Source: Gaiellaceae bacterium
Lineage (GTDB): Bacteria > Actinomycetota > Thermoleophilia > Gaiellales > Gaiellaceae
Reading direction: 5' to 3'
Assembly (NCBI GenBank): GCA_050697655.1
Contig: JBOHAB010000001.1
Span: 1-52,840 of the forward strand
Length of the DNA: 52,840 nucleotides
Both the position numbers and the translations under genes were made by a program. This document shows, in pieces, positions 27,413 through 35,510 of the stretch. The notes beneath the pieces were generated by a model. It was not told where the DNA came from, made no database searches, and was given only the letters and a program-made list of their open reading frames with translations. How positions within the stretch are numbered: the stretch's first letter is position 1; the number at the start of each line of letters is the position of its first letter.

Positions 27413-27777
27413 CAGGGCGCCGCGACGACAGCGACGGCGGCGGCCATGCCCTTCGAGTGCGTCATCGAAAGGTCGATCTCCCCCGCGCCGACGCGCTCAG
27501 ACCACTCCTCCACCTGGCCGAGGAGCCGGACGGCAGGCTTGGGGCGCCCTGCGATCTCGACGTCCTTCCACGCAAACGCCCGCGCGACGCCGAACCCCAG
27601 CGCCTTCCCCACGGCCTCCTTGCCGGCGAAGCGGGCGGCGTAGTGCTGGGCGGGATTCGCCCGCGAGTCGCAGTACTCGCGCTCGGCCTCGGTGAAGCAG
27701 CGCTCCCGGAAGCCCGGATAGCGCTCGAGCGCGTCATGGATCCGCTGGATCTCGATCAGGTCGAGCCCGACCTTCAC
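27412..27777 (-). CDS. acpS: Holo-[acyl-carrier-protein] synthase
   Basis: It has VGLDLIEIQRI, FTEAEREYC, AARFAGKEAVGKALG and SMTHS. Confidence 0.85.
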   Translation of the reverse strand: MKVGLDLIEIQRIHDALERYPGFRERCFTEAEREYCDSRANPAQHYAARFAGKEAVGKALGFGVARAFAWKDVEIAGRPKPAVRLLGQVEEWSERVGAGEIDLSMTHSKGMAAAVAVVAAP

Positions 27778-28556
27778 GCGGCCTCTCCCCGGAGGAAGGC
27801 GGGCACGTCCGCGATCGACCCGACGACTCCGTCCGGCTCGACCTCTGCGGCCGCGAGGGTCTCCTCCCGGAACTTGCCGGTGCGAACGAGGACGGCGCGC
27901 AGGCCGGCCGCCTTGGCGCCGCCGATGTCGGACTCGACGTCGTCGCCGACCATCACGGCCTCGGCCGGTCCGGCGCCGAGATCGGCAAGCGCGGCGTCGA
28001 AGTACGCGCGCGTCGGCTTGCCGATCACCTCAGCGTCGACGCCCGCGGCGTACTCGAGCCCGGCGACGTAGGCGCCGGCGTCGAGGAGCGGCCCCCGCGC
28101 GGTCTGCCACCAGCGATTCCGGTGCAGGCAGACGAGGTGCGCCCCTGCCTCGAGCTCCGCGAACGCGCGATTCAGGTTCTCGTAGCTGAAAACGCGTCCC
28201 GTCTCCTCGCTCTCGTCGGCGCCGCCGAGGAGGACGACCTCGGCGTCCTTCTCGACCAGCTCGGTCTCGGCGGCGAGATCGCCCTTGACGGCGGCCATCG
28301 TCAGCGCGAGCACGCGCTTACCCGCGAGCAGCCGAGCCGCGGCCACCGGGGTCGTCGTCAGCTCGTCGGCGTCCAGCTCGACGCCGAGCTCCCGGAGCTC
28401 ACCGACGAGCTGCTCGCGGGCCCTCGTCGTGTTGTTCGTGACGAAGCGAAGGCGGTGCCCGTCGGCCCTGAGCGCCCGAACTGCATCGCCGCCGCCCGGC
28501 ACGGCCTTGCCCGACACGTGCAGGACGCCGTCGATGTCGAGCAGAATCGCCGTCAT
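27774..28556 (-). CDS. HAD-superfamily subfamily IIA hydrolase (second NagD-like paralog in the window)
   Basis: It has ILLDIDGVLH, FVTNNTTR, GKPT and VGDDVESDIGG. Confidence 0.75.
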   Translation of the reverse strand: MTAILLDIDGVLHVSGKAVPGGGDAVRALRADGHRLRFVTNNTTRAREQLVGELRELGVELDADELTTTPVAAARLLAGKRVLALTMAAVKGDLAAETELVEKDAEVVLLGGADESEETGRVFSYENLNRAFAELEAGAHLVCLHRNRWWQTARGPLLDAGAYVAGLEYAAGVDAEVIGKPTRAYFDAALADLGAGPAEAVMVGDDVESDIGGAKAAGLRAVLVRTGKFREETLAAAEVEPDGVVGSIADVPAFLRGEAA

Positions 28557-28968
28557 GCGCTCCGAGTCTATTCACGTGCGCCGCGGGCTTGCGATCCCGC
28601 TGGACGAGATCACGCTCCGCACCTCGCGCTCGAGCGGGCCCGGCGGCCAGCACGCCCAGAAGACCGAAACCCGGGTCGAAGCGATCTTCGACGTCGACGC
28701 GTCGGCAATCCTCGACGAGGCGCAGAAGGAGCGCGTTCGCTCGAGGCTTGGACCGGTGGTGCGAGCGGTCGCGCAGGACGAACGAAGCCAGTCCCGCAAC
28801 CGAGAGCTCGCGCTCGAGCGCCTCGCGGCCGCGCTCCGCGGCGCCCTCCGGACGAGGCGTCCGCGGCGTCCGACCAGGCCGACCCAGGGGGCGAAGGAGC
28901 GTCGCCTCTCGCAGAAACGTGTCCGCAGCCGCACGAAGCGGCTCCGCCGGCCTCCCGAGGACGACTAA
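28555..28968 (+). CDS. arfB: Alternative ribosome-rescue factor ArfB (peptidyl-tRNA hydrolase, GGQ protein)
   Basis: It has RSSGPGGQHAQKTETRVE and a basic tail (RRPRRPTRPTQGAKERRLSQKRVRSRTKRLR), as in ArfB/YaeJ. The ATG at 28555 overlaps the divergent HAD start (CATG). Confidence 0.85.
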   Translation: MRSESIHVRRGLAIPLDEITLRTSRSSGPGGQHAQKTETRVEAIFDVDASAILDEAQKERVRSRLGPVVRAVAQDERSQSRNRELALERLAAALRGALRTRRPRRPTRPTQGAKERRLSQKRVRSRTKRLRRPPEDD

Positions 28969-28974
28969 TCCCGG

Positions 28975-29003
28975 TTGTCATCCCGGGCGCGCGGCTCTAC
29001 GAT
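28975..29003 (+). promoter_or_regulatory. Candidate sigma-70-type promoter for a leaderless transcript of membrane-protein paralog 1
   Basis: TTGTCA (28975-28980), 17-nt spacer, TACGAT (28998-29003). The ATG at 29010 lies 6 nt after the -10. Confidence 0.45.
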
Positions 29004-29009
29004 CGCTCC

Positions 29010-29594
29010 ATGCTGCCCTGGCGTCGAGTGGCAGTGCCTGCCTTCCTGGGTGTGCTCGGCCTGATCTGGGTGGCGGCTCACGCGCTGGCGCACGACGTCG
29101 TCGCGCAGCCGTCGACGGGCGGGCATTCCGCTCACGGGGCCACGGCTGAGACGTACGTCGCCTACCTCCCCACGTCCCTGGCGCTCTGCCTCACCTTGGC
29201 GGTCGCGATCGCGGCCTGCCTGGCCCTCGGGAAGCGCTGGGCAGGGAGGTTCGGCAGGTCGCTCTGGCTCTTCGGCGTCGTCCCCGTGCTCGGATTTGCC
29301 GCGGACACGCTGGTCGAGCTGGGAGCCAATGGACCGACCGTCGCCGCCGGAGGCGAGCTCGTGCCGGCGTTCCTGGTCGGCCTCCTCGTCCAGCTTCCCT
29401 TCGCGCTGGTCGCCGTCGGGCTCGGAGGCAAGCTCCTGTGGCTCGCCGAGCGCCTGGCGTGGGCGCTCCGGGCCGCGATCGTCGGGCTGCCCGTCGCGCT
29501 CTTCGCTCCCGCCTCGGCGCCCGCTGCCGGGCCGAGTGCGCTGCGCCTCGCGGGCTCCTGTCGCTCGCGCGCCCCTCCGGGCGCCCTCTCCTAG
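29010..29594 (+). CDS. Four-TM membrane protein, paralog 1 of a tandem triplet upstream of the copper cluster
   Basis: This is the C-terminal part of listed ORF 28122..29594. It shares with paralogs 2/3 an N-terminal helix with WxAAHALAH, the blocks SLWLFGVVPVLGF, GLLVQLPFALVAVGL and LWLAERLA, and a tail ending R-A-P-P. Confidence 0.6.
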   Translation: MLPWRRVAVPAFLGVLGLIWVAAHALAHDVVAQPSTGGHSAHGATAETYVAYLPTSLALCLTLAVAIAACLALGKRWAGRFGRSLWLFGVVPVLGFAADTLVELGANGPTVAAGGELVPAFLVGLLVQLPFALVAVGLGGKLLWLAERLAWALRAAIVGLPVALFAPASAPAAGPSALRLAGSCRSRAPPGALS

Positions 29595-29620
29595 CTTCCG
29601 GAGCAACGGCGCCGAGCCCG

Positions 29621-29649
29621 GGCCTCGTGCCCCCACCACCCACGAGGCC
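29621..29649 (+). terminator. Stem-loop after paralog 1 (GGCCTCGTG-11 nt-CACGAGGCC), no U-tract
   Basis: Perfect 9-bp inverted repeat starting 27 nt after the stop. Confidence 0.3.
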
Positions 29650-29809
29650 GAAGCGGCCCGAAGCCCGCGTGCTCCGGAACGAGGCTCTCGCCACGACGCC
29701 GGCCGTCGCCGAGCACCCCAAGGCTCGTCTACTCAGCCGTCGTCGGAGAGCCTTGGTGCGAGCCGGCGCCGTCGTTGCCTGACACCTCCGCGACGGCGCC
29801 GGCTCTATG

Positions 29810-29838
29810 CTGTCAGACAAGCAGATGGCCTCTACCAT
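29810..29838 (+). promoter_or_regulatory. Candidate promoter for paralog 2, paralogous to the paralog 1 promoter
   Basis: CTGTCA (29810-29815), 17-nt spacer, TACCAT (29833-29838), with GTG at 29848. The -10 context GGCCTCTACCATTGCTCT resembles GGCTCTACGATCGCTCC upstream of paralog 1. Confidence 0.4.
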
Positions 29839-29847
29839 TGCTCTGCT

Positions 29848-30420
29848 GTGAGGCGTCGCCGGCTCGCCGTCCCGGTACTTCTCGCTCTGTCCGGCCTCGG
29901 TTGGGCAGCTGCGCACGCCGTCGCGCACAGGACGGCGATGGCCGACGACGGGATGGCCGCCGGGGTCCTGGATCGGTACGTGGCGTACCTGACCACGTCG
30001 GTGGCGCTCTGCCTGGCGCTGGCGCTCCCGCTTGCCGCCGGCGCGCTCGTCGGCAGGCGCTGGAAGGGCGCCTCCATGCGCTCGCTCTGGCTCTTCGGCG
30101 TCGTCCCCGTTCTCGGCTTCGTCGGTCACACGGCCGCAGATCCGCTCTTCTCAGAAGCAGGGAACGGCGTGAGCCTCGCTTCGCTGGCGCAGGTCGCCCT
30201 GATCGGCCTGCTCGTCCAACTTCCCTTTGCGCTCGTCGCGGTCGGTCTCGCACGTCAGGCCTTGTGGCTCGCTGAGCGGCTCGCCAGGACCGAGATCGTG
30301 CCCGCTCGCACCGTCCAGGCTCCGACGCCCAGCCACCCACGGCCGCGCGGGCGTCGCGCGCCGGCCTTCCGGCTCGACTTCGCCCGGACCGAGCGCGGCC
30401 CGCCTCTTCTCGTGGCCTGA
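29848..30420 (+). CDS. Four-TM membrane protein, paralog 2
   Basis: This is the C-terminal part of listed ORF 29296..30420. It has GWAAAHAVAH, SLWLFGVVPVLGF, GLLVQLPFALVAVGL, LWLAERLA and a tail with ERGPP. A ~40-nt stretch is nearly identical to paralog 1 (29259-29300 vs 30083-30124). Confidence 0.6.
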   Translation: MRRRRLAVPVLLALSGLGWAAAHAVAHRTAMADDGMAAGVLDRYVAYLTTSVALCLALALPLAAGALVGRRWKGASMRSLWLFGVVPVLGFVGHTAADPLFSEAGNGVSLASLAQVALIGLLVQLPFALVAVGLARQALWLAERLARTEIVPARTVQAPTPSHPRPRGRRAPAFRLDFARTERGPPLLVA

Positions 30421-30481
30421 CACGGGCAAACCGAAGACACGCCGACCGGCGTAGTTTCGGCGAGAGGAGAGGGGGAAAGCT

Positions 30482-30601
30482 ATGGACCAGGTCGCAGGGA
30501 CGACCTGGCAGAAAACTGGGGAGGTGGAGCACGCTGGCGTTCGGGTGCGCCCGAACGGCTGCGCCGCTTTCCGCGTGGAGACCTCCGTGAAGAGGGCATG
30601 A
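30482..30601 (+). CDS. 39-codon ORF with strong SD, translationally coupled (ATGA) to paralog 3
   Basis: GAGAGGAGAGGGGGAAAG ends 3 nt before ATG 30482. It encodes MDQVAGTTWQKTGEVEHAGVRVRPNGCAAFRVETSVKRA. The stop TGA at 30599-30601 overlaps ATG 30598. It is below the ORF-track size cut-off. Confidence 0.35.
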   Translation: MDQVAGTTWQKTGEVEHAGVRVRPNGCAAFRVETSVKRA

Positions 30602-31185
30602 GGAGCGCCGGCGATCGCCTGGCCTGGCTGCTCTCGCTCGCGCTGGCCGCAGCGGGAGCGCTGGCCTCGCACGGGCTCGCGTACCGGATCGCCGAGCCGG
30701 ACCCCGAGCTTCGACGCCACCTGCTCGAGGAGACGGGCCACGGCTACCTGAGCCTGGACTTGATCGGCTCCCTCCTCGCAGCGCTGGTCATCGTCGGCTT
30801 CGCAGGCTGCGTCCTGGCGGGCGGGAATCGCCGCGACGCGCCGCCGCTCTGGATCTTCGCACTCGCCCCGCCGGTCGGGTTCACGCTGCAGGAGCACGCT
30901 GAGCGTTTGCTCCACGACGGCTCCCTGAGCATCAGCTCGATGCTCGGCCCGGCCTTCCTCGTCGGGCTCGGCCTTCAGATTCCGTTCGCCCTGATCGCGC
31001 TCTTCGTAGCCAGGGCACTCCTCTTTGCCGCAGGCGCGCTGGCCGAGCGGCTCGGCGTTCCGCCGCCGCTTTGGCTCGCCCCTGACGCGAGCCTCGCTCT
31101 TCCCATCACCGACTCGCTGCCCCCCGCGCGCGTCCTGCTCGGCGCCCGTGGGCAGCGCGCGCCTCCGGATCTCCTCGCGTTCTAA
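30598..31185 (+). CDS. Four-TM membrane protein, paralog 3 (more diverged)
   Basis: It has ALASHGLAY, PLWIFALAPPVGF, GLGLQIPFALIALFV and a tail with GQRAPP, in the same architecture as paralogs 1 and 2. Confidence 0.6.
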   Translation: MRSAGDRLAWLLSLALAAAGALASHGLAYRIAEPDPELRRHLLEETGHGYLSLDLIGSLLAALVIVGFAGCVLAGGNRRDAPPLWIFALAPPVGFTLQEHAERLLHDGSLSISSMLGPAFLVGLGLQIPFALIALFVARALLFAAGALAERLGVPPPLWLAPDASLALPITDSLPPARVLLGARGQRAPPDLLAF

Positions 31186-31235
31186 CGGATCGGTCGCGCC
31201 CCAGCGACCCGAAGCCAGGGGAGGAGGAGAGGAAG

Positions 31236-32966
31236 ATCCGTCAACACAATCCAGCTCAGCGACATCGCCTGCTCGCGGCGCTGGTAGCGGCGCTCGCGGT
31301 GGCAGCCGCATTCGCGCCGACCGCCTCCGCGCACTCGGTGCTCATCGGTACCCAGCCGGGGAACGACGTGGTCGTCCCCGAGTCGCCCGACGAGGTGGTC
31401 CTCGAGTTCAACGAACCGGTGGACACCTCGCTCGGCTCGCTGCGCGTGTTCGACGGGCAGGGCCAACAAGTGGACGACGGCGAGGTAACCCAGCCTGTCG
31501 CCACCGAGGTGATGGTCGGGCTCGATTCCGAGCTCCAGCCCGGCACCTACACGGTTGCCTGGCGCGCGGTCTCGGCAGACTCCGATCCCATCTCGGGCGC
31601 CTTCGTGTTCCACGTCCTCGAGCGCGGGGTCGGAGCGGCGGTCTCGATCGACGCCCTGACCGGCTCCTCGCAGGCCGTGGACGTCCTCTTCACCGCAGGG
31701 CGGTTCTTCGACCTCGCCTTGTTGCTCCTGGCCGTGGGCGGCTCGGCGGTTCTCGTCGTCGCGCTTCCCTCCGCCGAGTGGCGGCTCCGACGGCGCCTGT
31801 ACGGCGTCCTGGCCGTCGTGGCGGGGGCGCTGGCGCTGGTTGCGCTCGTGAACATCCTGCTCCAGGGCGCCGCCGCGGGCGGCTTGACGCTCGTGGACGC
31901 GTTCTCGTGGGATCTCTTCACGACGGTCATCGGCACGCGGTACGGGACGGTCATCTTGATCCAGTCGGTCCTGGCTGCGACGCTGGCGCTCACGGCGCTG
32001 GCGCTCCGGCACTCGGAGAGCCGAGACCGCAGGCCGCTGGTAGCGCTCACGCTCGCGCTCAGCGCGGGCCTGGCGCTGACGCCCTCGTTCTCGGGCCACG
32101 CAAGCACGCTGAACGCGCTCGGGCTTGCGTCCGACGTCGTTCACGTGATCTCGGTGGCGATGTGGACGGGCGGTCTGGCCTTCCTCGTGCTCGCGCTCAT
32201 GCTCGCGGGCGCCGATCGCTGGCCCTTGGCGACCCGCGCGGTGCCGCGATTCTCGACGATGGCCGTCCTCTCGGTCGTCGCGCTGATCACGGCCGGCATC
32301 GTCTCGGGGTACCTCCAGGTCCGCACCTGGAGCGGGCTCTGGGAGACCGAGTACGGGCTTCTCCTGCTGGCGAAGATCCTGCTCGTCCTCCCGCTTCTCG
32401 CTCTCGGCGCGTACAACAACCGCTACGCGGTGCCGCGCCTCCGGGCGGGGATCGCATCGGTGCTCGAGCGGCGGCGCTTCCTCCGGGCGACCGGGGTGGA
32501 GCTCGGGATCATGGTCGTCATCGTCGGGATCACGGCGGTGCTCATCAACGCCGAGCCCGCGCGGACGGAGCTCGAGATGGAGGGCATGGCCGCCGAGGAA
32601 GACCACGCGACGATGACCGACACCATGGCCGGAGAGCACCAGCCGTTCGAGGGCTCGGTCCAGCTCGGCGACATGGAGGCCATGGTCATCGTCGACCCGG
32701 CGATGCCGGGCGAGAACACGATCACGATCATGTTCATGGAAACCGCGGAGCCACCGACCGAGGTGAGCGTCTCCGCGTCCCTGCCCAGCCAGGAGATCGG
32801 GCCGCTCGACTTGCCGGCGGAGCCCGATCCGGCGGAGCCCGGTAGCTACGTGATCGAGGGCGCGTCCCTCACGATCCCGGGCGACTGGGAGCTTCGTATC
32901 GAAGCCCTGCTGGGTGAGTTCGACCTACTGACAGAAACGATCACCGTTCCCATCCAGAGGAGATAA
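31236..32966 (+). CDS. CopC-CopD fusion copper-resistance/uptake membrane protein (YcnJ-like) with an extra C-terminal extracytoplasmic domain; start codon uncertain
   Basis: The CopC domain follows a predicted ASA|HS cleavage (HSVLIGTQPGND…EFNEPV…YTVAWRAVSADSDPISGAFVFHV). The CopD part has 8-10 TM helices. Listed ORF 31299..32966 begins inside the signal peptide. The frame is open back to ATC 31236, just after a GGAGGAGGAGAGG SD. Confidence 0.8.
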   Translation: MRQHNPAQRHRLLAALVAALAVAAAFAPTASAHSVLIGTQPGNDVVVPESPDEVVLEFNEPVDTSLGSLRVFDGQGQQVDDGEVTQPVATEVMVGLDSELQPGTYTVAWRAVSADSDPISGAFVFHVLERGVGAAVSIDALTGSSQAVDVLFTAGRFFDLALLLLAVGGSAVLVVALPSAEWRLRRRLYGVLAVVAGALALVALVNILLQGAAAGGLTLVDAFSWDLFTTVIGTRYGTVILIQSVLAATLALTALALRHSESRDRRPLVALTLALSAGLALTPSFSGHASTLNALGLASDVVHVISVAMWTGGLAFLVLALMLAGADRWPLATRAVPRFSTMAVLSVVALITAGIVSGYLQVRTWSGLWETEYGLLLLAKILLVLPLLALGAYNNRYAVPRLRAGIASVLERRRFLRATGVELGIMVVIVGITAVLINAEPARTELEMEGMAAEEDHATMTDTMAGEHQPFEGSVQLGDMEAMVIVDPAMPGENTITIMFMETAEPPTEVSVSASLPSQEIGPLDLPAEPDPAEPGSYVIEGASLTIPGDWELRIEALLGEFDLLTETITVPIQRR

Positions 32967-32969
32967 CGA

Positions 32970-33653
32970 GTGCTACGACGACTACTGATCTGTGTCGGGC
33001 TGGCCGCCGTCGTGTTTCCCGCGGCGGCGGTCGCCCACGTCACGATCCAGCCGGGCGAGTGGGAGGCCGGTGCCTTCGCGGCCATGGCCGTCCGGGTCCC
33101 GAACGAGCGCGACGACGCGGAGACGACGCGCGTCACCGTGCAGTTCCCGGAGAACGTCCTCACCGCCCGCTTCCAGGCGAACCCGTTCTGCGAGCGCGAG
33201 GTCGAGCGGGAGGAGCTCGACCAGCCCGTCGAGGAGATCACCGAGCGGATCGTCAGCGTCACCTGGACCTGCGATCCCCCGATCGCCTCGGACGGCTTCG
33301 AGGATTTCGGGCTGAGCTTCCAGGTCCCGGAGGATGCCCAGCCGGGAGACGAGATCCTCTTCCCCACCGTCCAGGTCTACTCGAGCGGCGAGAGGGTCAG
33401 GTGGGTCGACCCGGATCCCGAGGGGGACACGCCCGCTCCGCGGATCGTGGTCGTGGCGCCCGAGGAGGAGGAAGCTGAGCCGGCGCCGGCGGCGACGACC
33501 ACCGAGGCGGAGGCCGCCCCGGCCGTGGCCGCGGATGACGACGACGACTCGAGCTCGACCATGGCGATGGTCTTCGGAATCGCGGGCCTCGCCGCGGGCC
33601 TGATCGCCCTCGGCGTGGCGCTCTTCCGCAAGCCGAAGGCGACGACTACGTAG
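32970..33653 (+). CDS. ycnI: YcnI-like (DUF1775) copper-binding protein with a C-terminal membrane anchor
   Basis: The signal peptide ends AAAVA|HVTIQPGEW. It has VRVPNERDDAETTRVTVQFPE typical of DUF1775, an acidic linker and a terminal TM helix. Confidence 0.8.
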   Translation: MLRRLLICVGLAAVVFPAAAVAHVTIQPGEWEAGAFAAMAVRVPNERDDAETTRVTVQFPENVLTARFQANPFCEREVEREELDQPVEEITERIVSVTWTCDPPIASDGFEDFGLSFQVPEDAQPGDEILFPTVQVYSSGERVRWVDPDPEGDTPAPRIVVVAPEEEEAEPAPAATTTEAEAAPAVAADDDDDSSSTMAMVFGIAGLAAGLIALGVALFRKPKATTT

Positions 33654-33680
33654 CGCCCATCACCGCAGGCCGCTTCCGCG

Positions 33681-35510
33681 CTATTCCACGGTGACGGTCT
33701 TCGCCAGGTTCCGGGGCTGATCGACGTTCATGCCTCGGAGCCTGGCGATGCGGTACGCGATCAGCTGGAGCGGAATCACGGCGAGAGTGGCCTGGAGGAA
33801 GGGATGCGTCCGCGGCACGAAGACGACGTCGTCGGCGTGGTGCTGGATGTCCTCGTTGCCGTCGGTAGCAACCGCGACCACCTCCGCGCCGCGTGCCCTG
33901 ACCTCCTGGATGTTGGAGACCACCTTGTCGTAGACGTGCGAGTCGGTGGCGACGACGACGACCGGCGTCTCCTCGTCGAGAAGGGCGATCGGGCCGTGCT
34001 TCATCTCGCCGGCCGAGTAGGCCTCGGTAGGGATGTAGGAGATCTCCTTCAGCTTGAGCGCGCCCTCGAGGCACACGGGCAGGCCGATGTGGCGGCCGAG
34101 GTAGAGGAAGAACGGCTTCTGGTAGTGGCGCCGGGCGATCTCCTCGATGGGATGGTCGGCGTCGAGGTACGTGGCGATCTTGGCGGGCAGGGCCTGGACC
34201 TCCGCGAGCAGGCGGTCGATCTCCTCGGGCGGAAGCGTCTTCCGGATCTGGGCGAGCCTGAGCGCCAGCAGGTAGAGGAGCGTCACCTGCGAGGTGAAGG
34301 TCTTCGTGGCGGCGACGCCCGTCTCCATCCCGGCGCGCGTGTAGAGGACGCGGTCGACCTCGCGCGTGATCTGGGTGCCCATCAGGTTCGTGATCGCGAG
34401 CGTCCGCGCCCCGCTCTCGCGCGCGAGCCTGACGGCCTGGACGGTGTCGCGCGTCTCGCCGGACTGGGAGATCCCGACGACGAGCGTGTCCTTCGCGAGC
34501 ACGGGGTTGCGGTAGATCCACTCGCTGGCGATGTCCGGCTCGCACGGGATCCGGGCCCATTCCTCGATCACGTAGCGGCCGATGACGCCCGCGTGGTACG
34601 CCGTGCCGCAGGCGAGGATGACCATGCGCCGCAGGTTCTGGATCTCGACCTCGTTGAGGCCGATCTCCTCGAGGTCGAGCCGGCCGCCGCGCACGCGGTC
34701 GCCGATCGTGTCGGCGACGGCCTGTGGCTGCTCGTAGATCTCCTTGAGCATGAACGTCTCGTAGCCCTGCTTCTCGGCTGCCTCGTCGTCCCAGTCGACC
34801 TCCATGTACTCGCGGTTCCGCGGGAGCCCGCCGTCGACCGGGAGGAACCGGACTCCGTCGGGCGTGATCTCGACGATCTCGCCGTCCTCGATCAGCTTGA
34901 CTCGACGCGTCTCGCGCAGGAACGCGGCGATCGAGGAAGCGAGGAACATCTCCCCGTCGCCGTCACCCACGACGAGCGGGCACTGGAGCCGGGCCCCCAC
35001 CAGCACGTTGGGATGGTCCCGGTGGATGACGACGAAGGCGAAGTGCCCTTCGAGCTCTGCATACGTGGCGCGCACCGCCTCGGCGAGATCGCCCTCGTAG
35101 TGGCGCTCGACGAGGTGGGCGACGACCTCGGCGTCGGTTTCGGAGGAGAAGGTGTGCCCCTCGGCGGCAAGCGAGTCGCGCAGCTCGCGGAAGTTCTCGA
35201 CGATGCCGTTCAGGACAACGGCAACCTCGGCGGCGGCGCAGCCGGTCAGCGGGTGCGCGTTCTCGTAGGAGACCTTGCCGTGCGTCGCCCAGCGCGTGTG
35301 GCCGACCCCGGTCGTCGAGAGCGAGCCGTTCGACCCGGCGGCCGCCTTCAGCTGGTCGAGGTTGCCGACCGCCCGAACGTACTCGAGCCCGTCTGGCTCG
35401 AGGAGGCAGAGACCGGCCGAGTCATAGCCCCTGTACTCGAGTCGTTCCAGCCCCTGGAGCAGGAGATCCTTCGCGGTCCTCGAGCCTACGTATCCGATGA
35501 TCCCGCACAC
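33681..35510 (-). CDS. glmS: Glutamine--fructose-6-phosphate aminotransferase (isomerizing)
   Basis: It has MCGIIGYVG (N-terminal nucleophile Cys), two SIS domains and the C-terminal …NLAKTVTVE. Confidence 0.95.
   Translation of the reverse strand: MCGIIGYVGSRTAKDLLLQGLERLEYRGYDSAGLCLLEPDGLEYVRAVGNLDQLKAAAGSNGSLSTTGVGHTRWATHGKVSYENAHPLTGCAAAEVAVVLNGIVENFRELRDSLAAEGHTFSSETDAEVVAHLVERHYEGDLAEAVRATYAELEGHFAFVVIHRDHPNVLVGARLQCPLVVGDGDGEMFLASSIAAFLRETRRVKLIEDGEIVEITPDGVRFLPVDGGLPRNREYMEVDWDDEAAEKQGYETFMLKEIYEQPQAVADTIGDRVRGGRLDLEEIGLNEVEIQNLRRMVILACGTAYHAGVIGRYVIEEWARIPCEPDIASEWIYRNPVLAKDTLVVGISQSGETRDTVQAVRLARESGARTLAITNLMGTQITREVDRVLYTRAGMETGVAATKTFTSQVTLLYLLALRLAQIRKTLPPEEIDRLLAEVQALPAKIATYLDADHPIEEIARRHYQKPFFLYLGRHIGLPVCLEGALKLKEISYIPTEAYSAGEMKHGPIALLDEETPVVVVATDSHVYDKVVSNIQEVRARGAEVVAVATDGNEDIQHHADDVVFVPRTHPFLQATLAVIPLQLIAYRIARLRGMNVDQPRNLAKTVTVE

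Noticed and set aside
25974-27643. Long ORFs overlapping nnr/acpS: 25974..27260 (same strand as nnr, alternative frame) and 26000..27643 (opposite strand). Similar giant shadow ORFs occur at 42974..45013, 43050..44663, 33804..35564, 31025..32845, 31182..32639, 48071..50122 and 14159-upstream.
   Set aside because: All are Arg/Ala/Gly/Pro-rich low-complexity translations lying opposite or out of frame to genes with clear family signatures. Such open shadow frames are expected in very GC-rich DNA.
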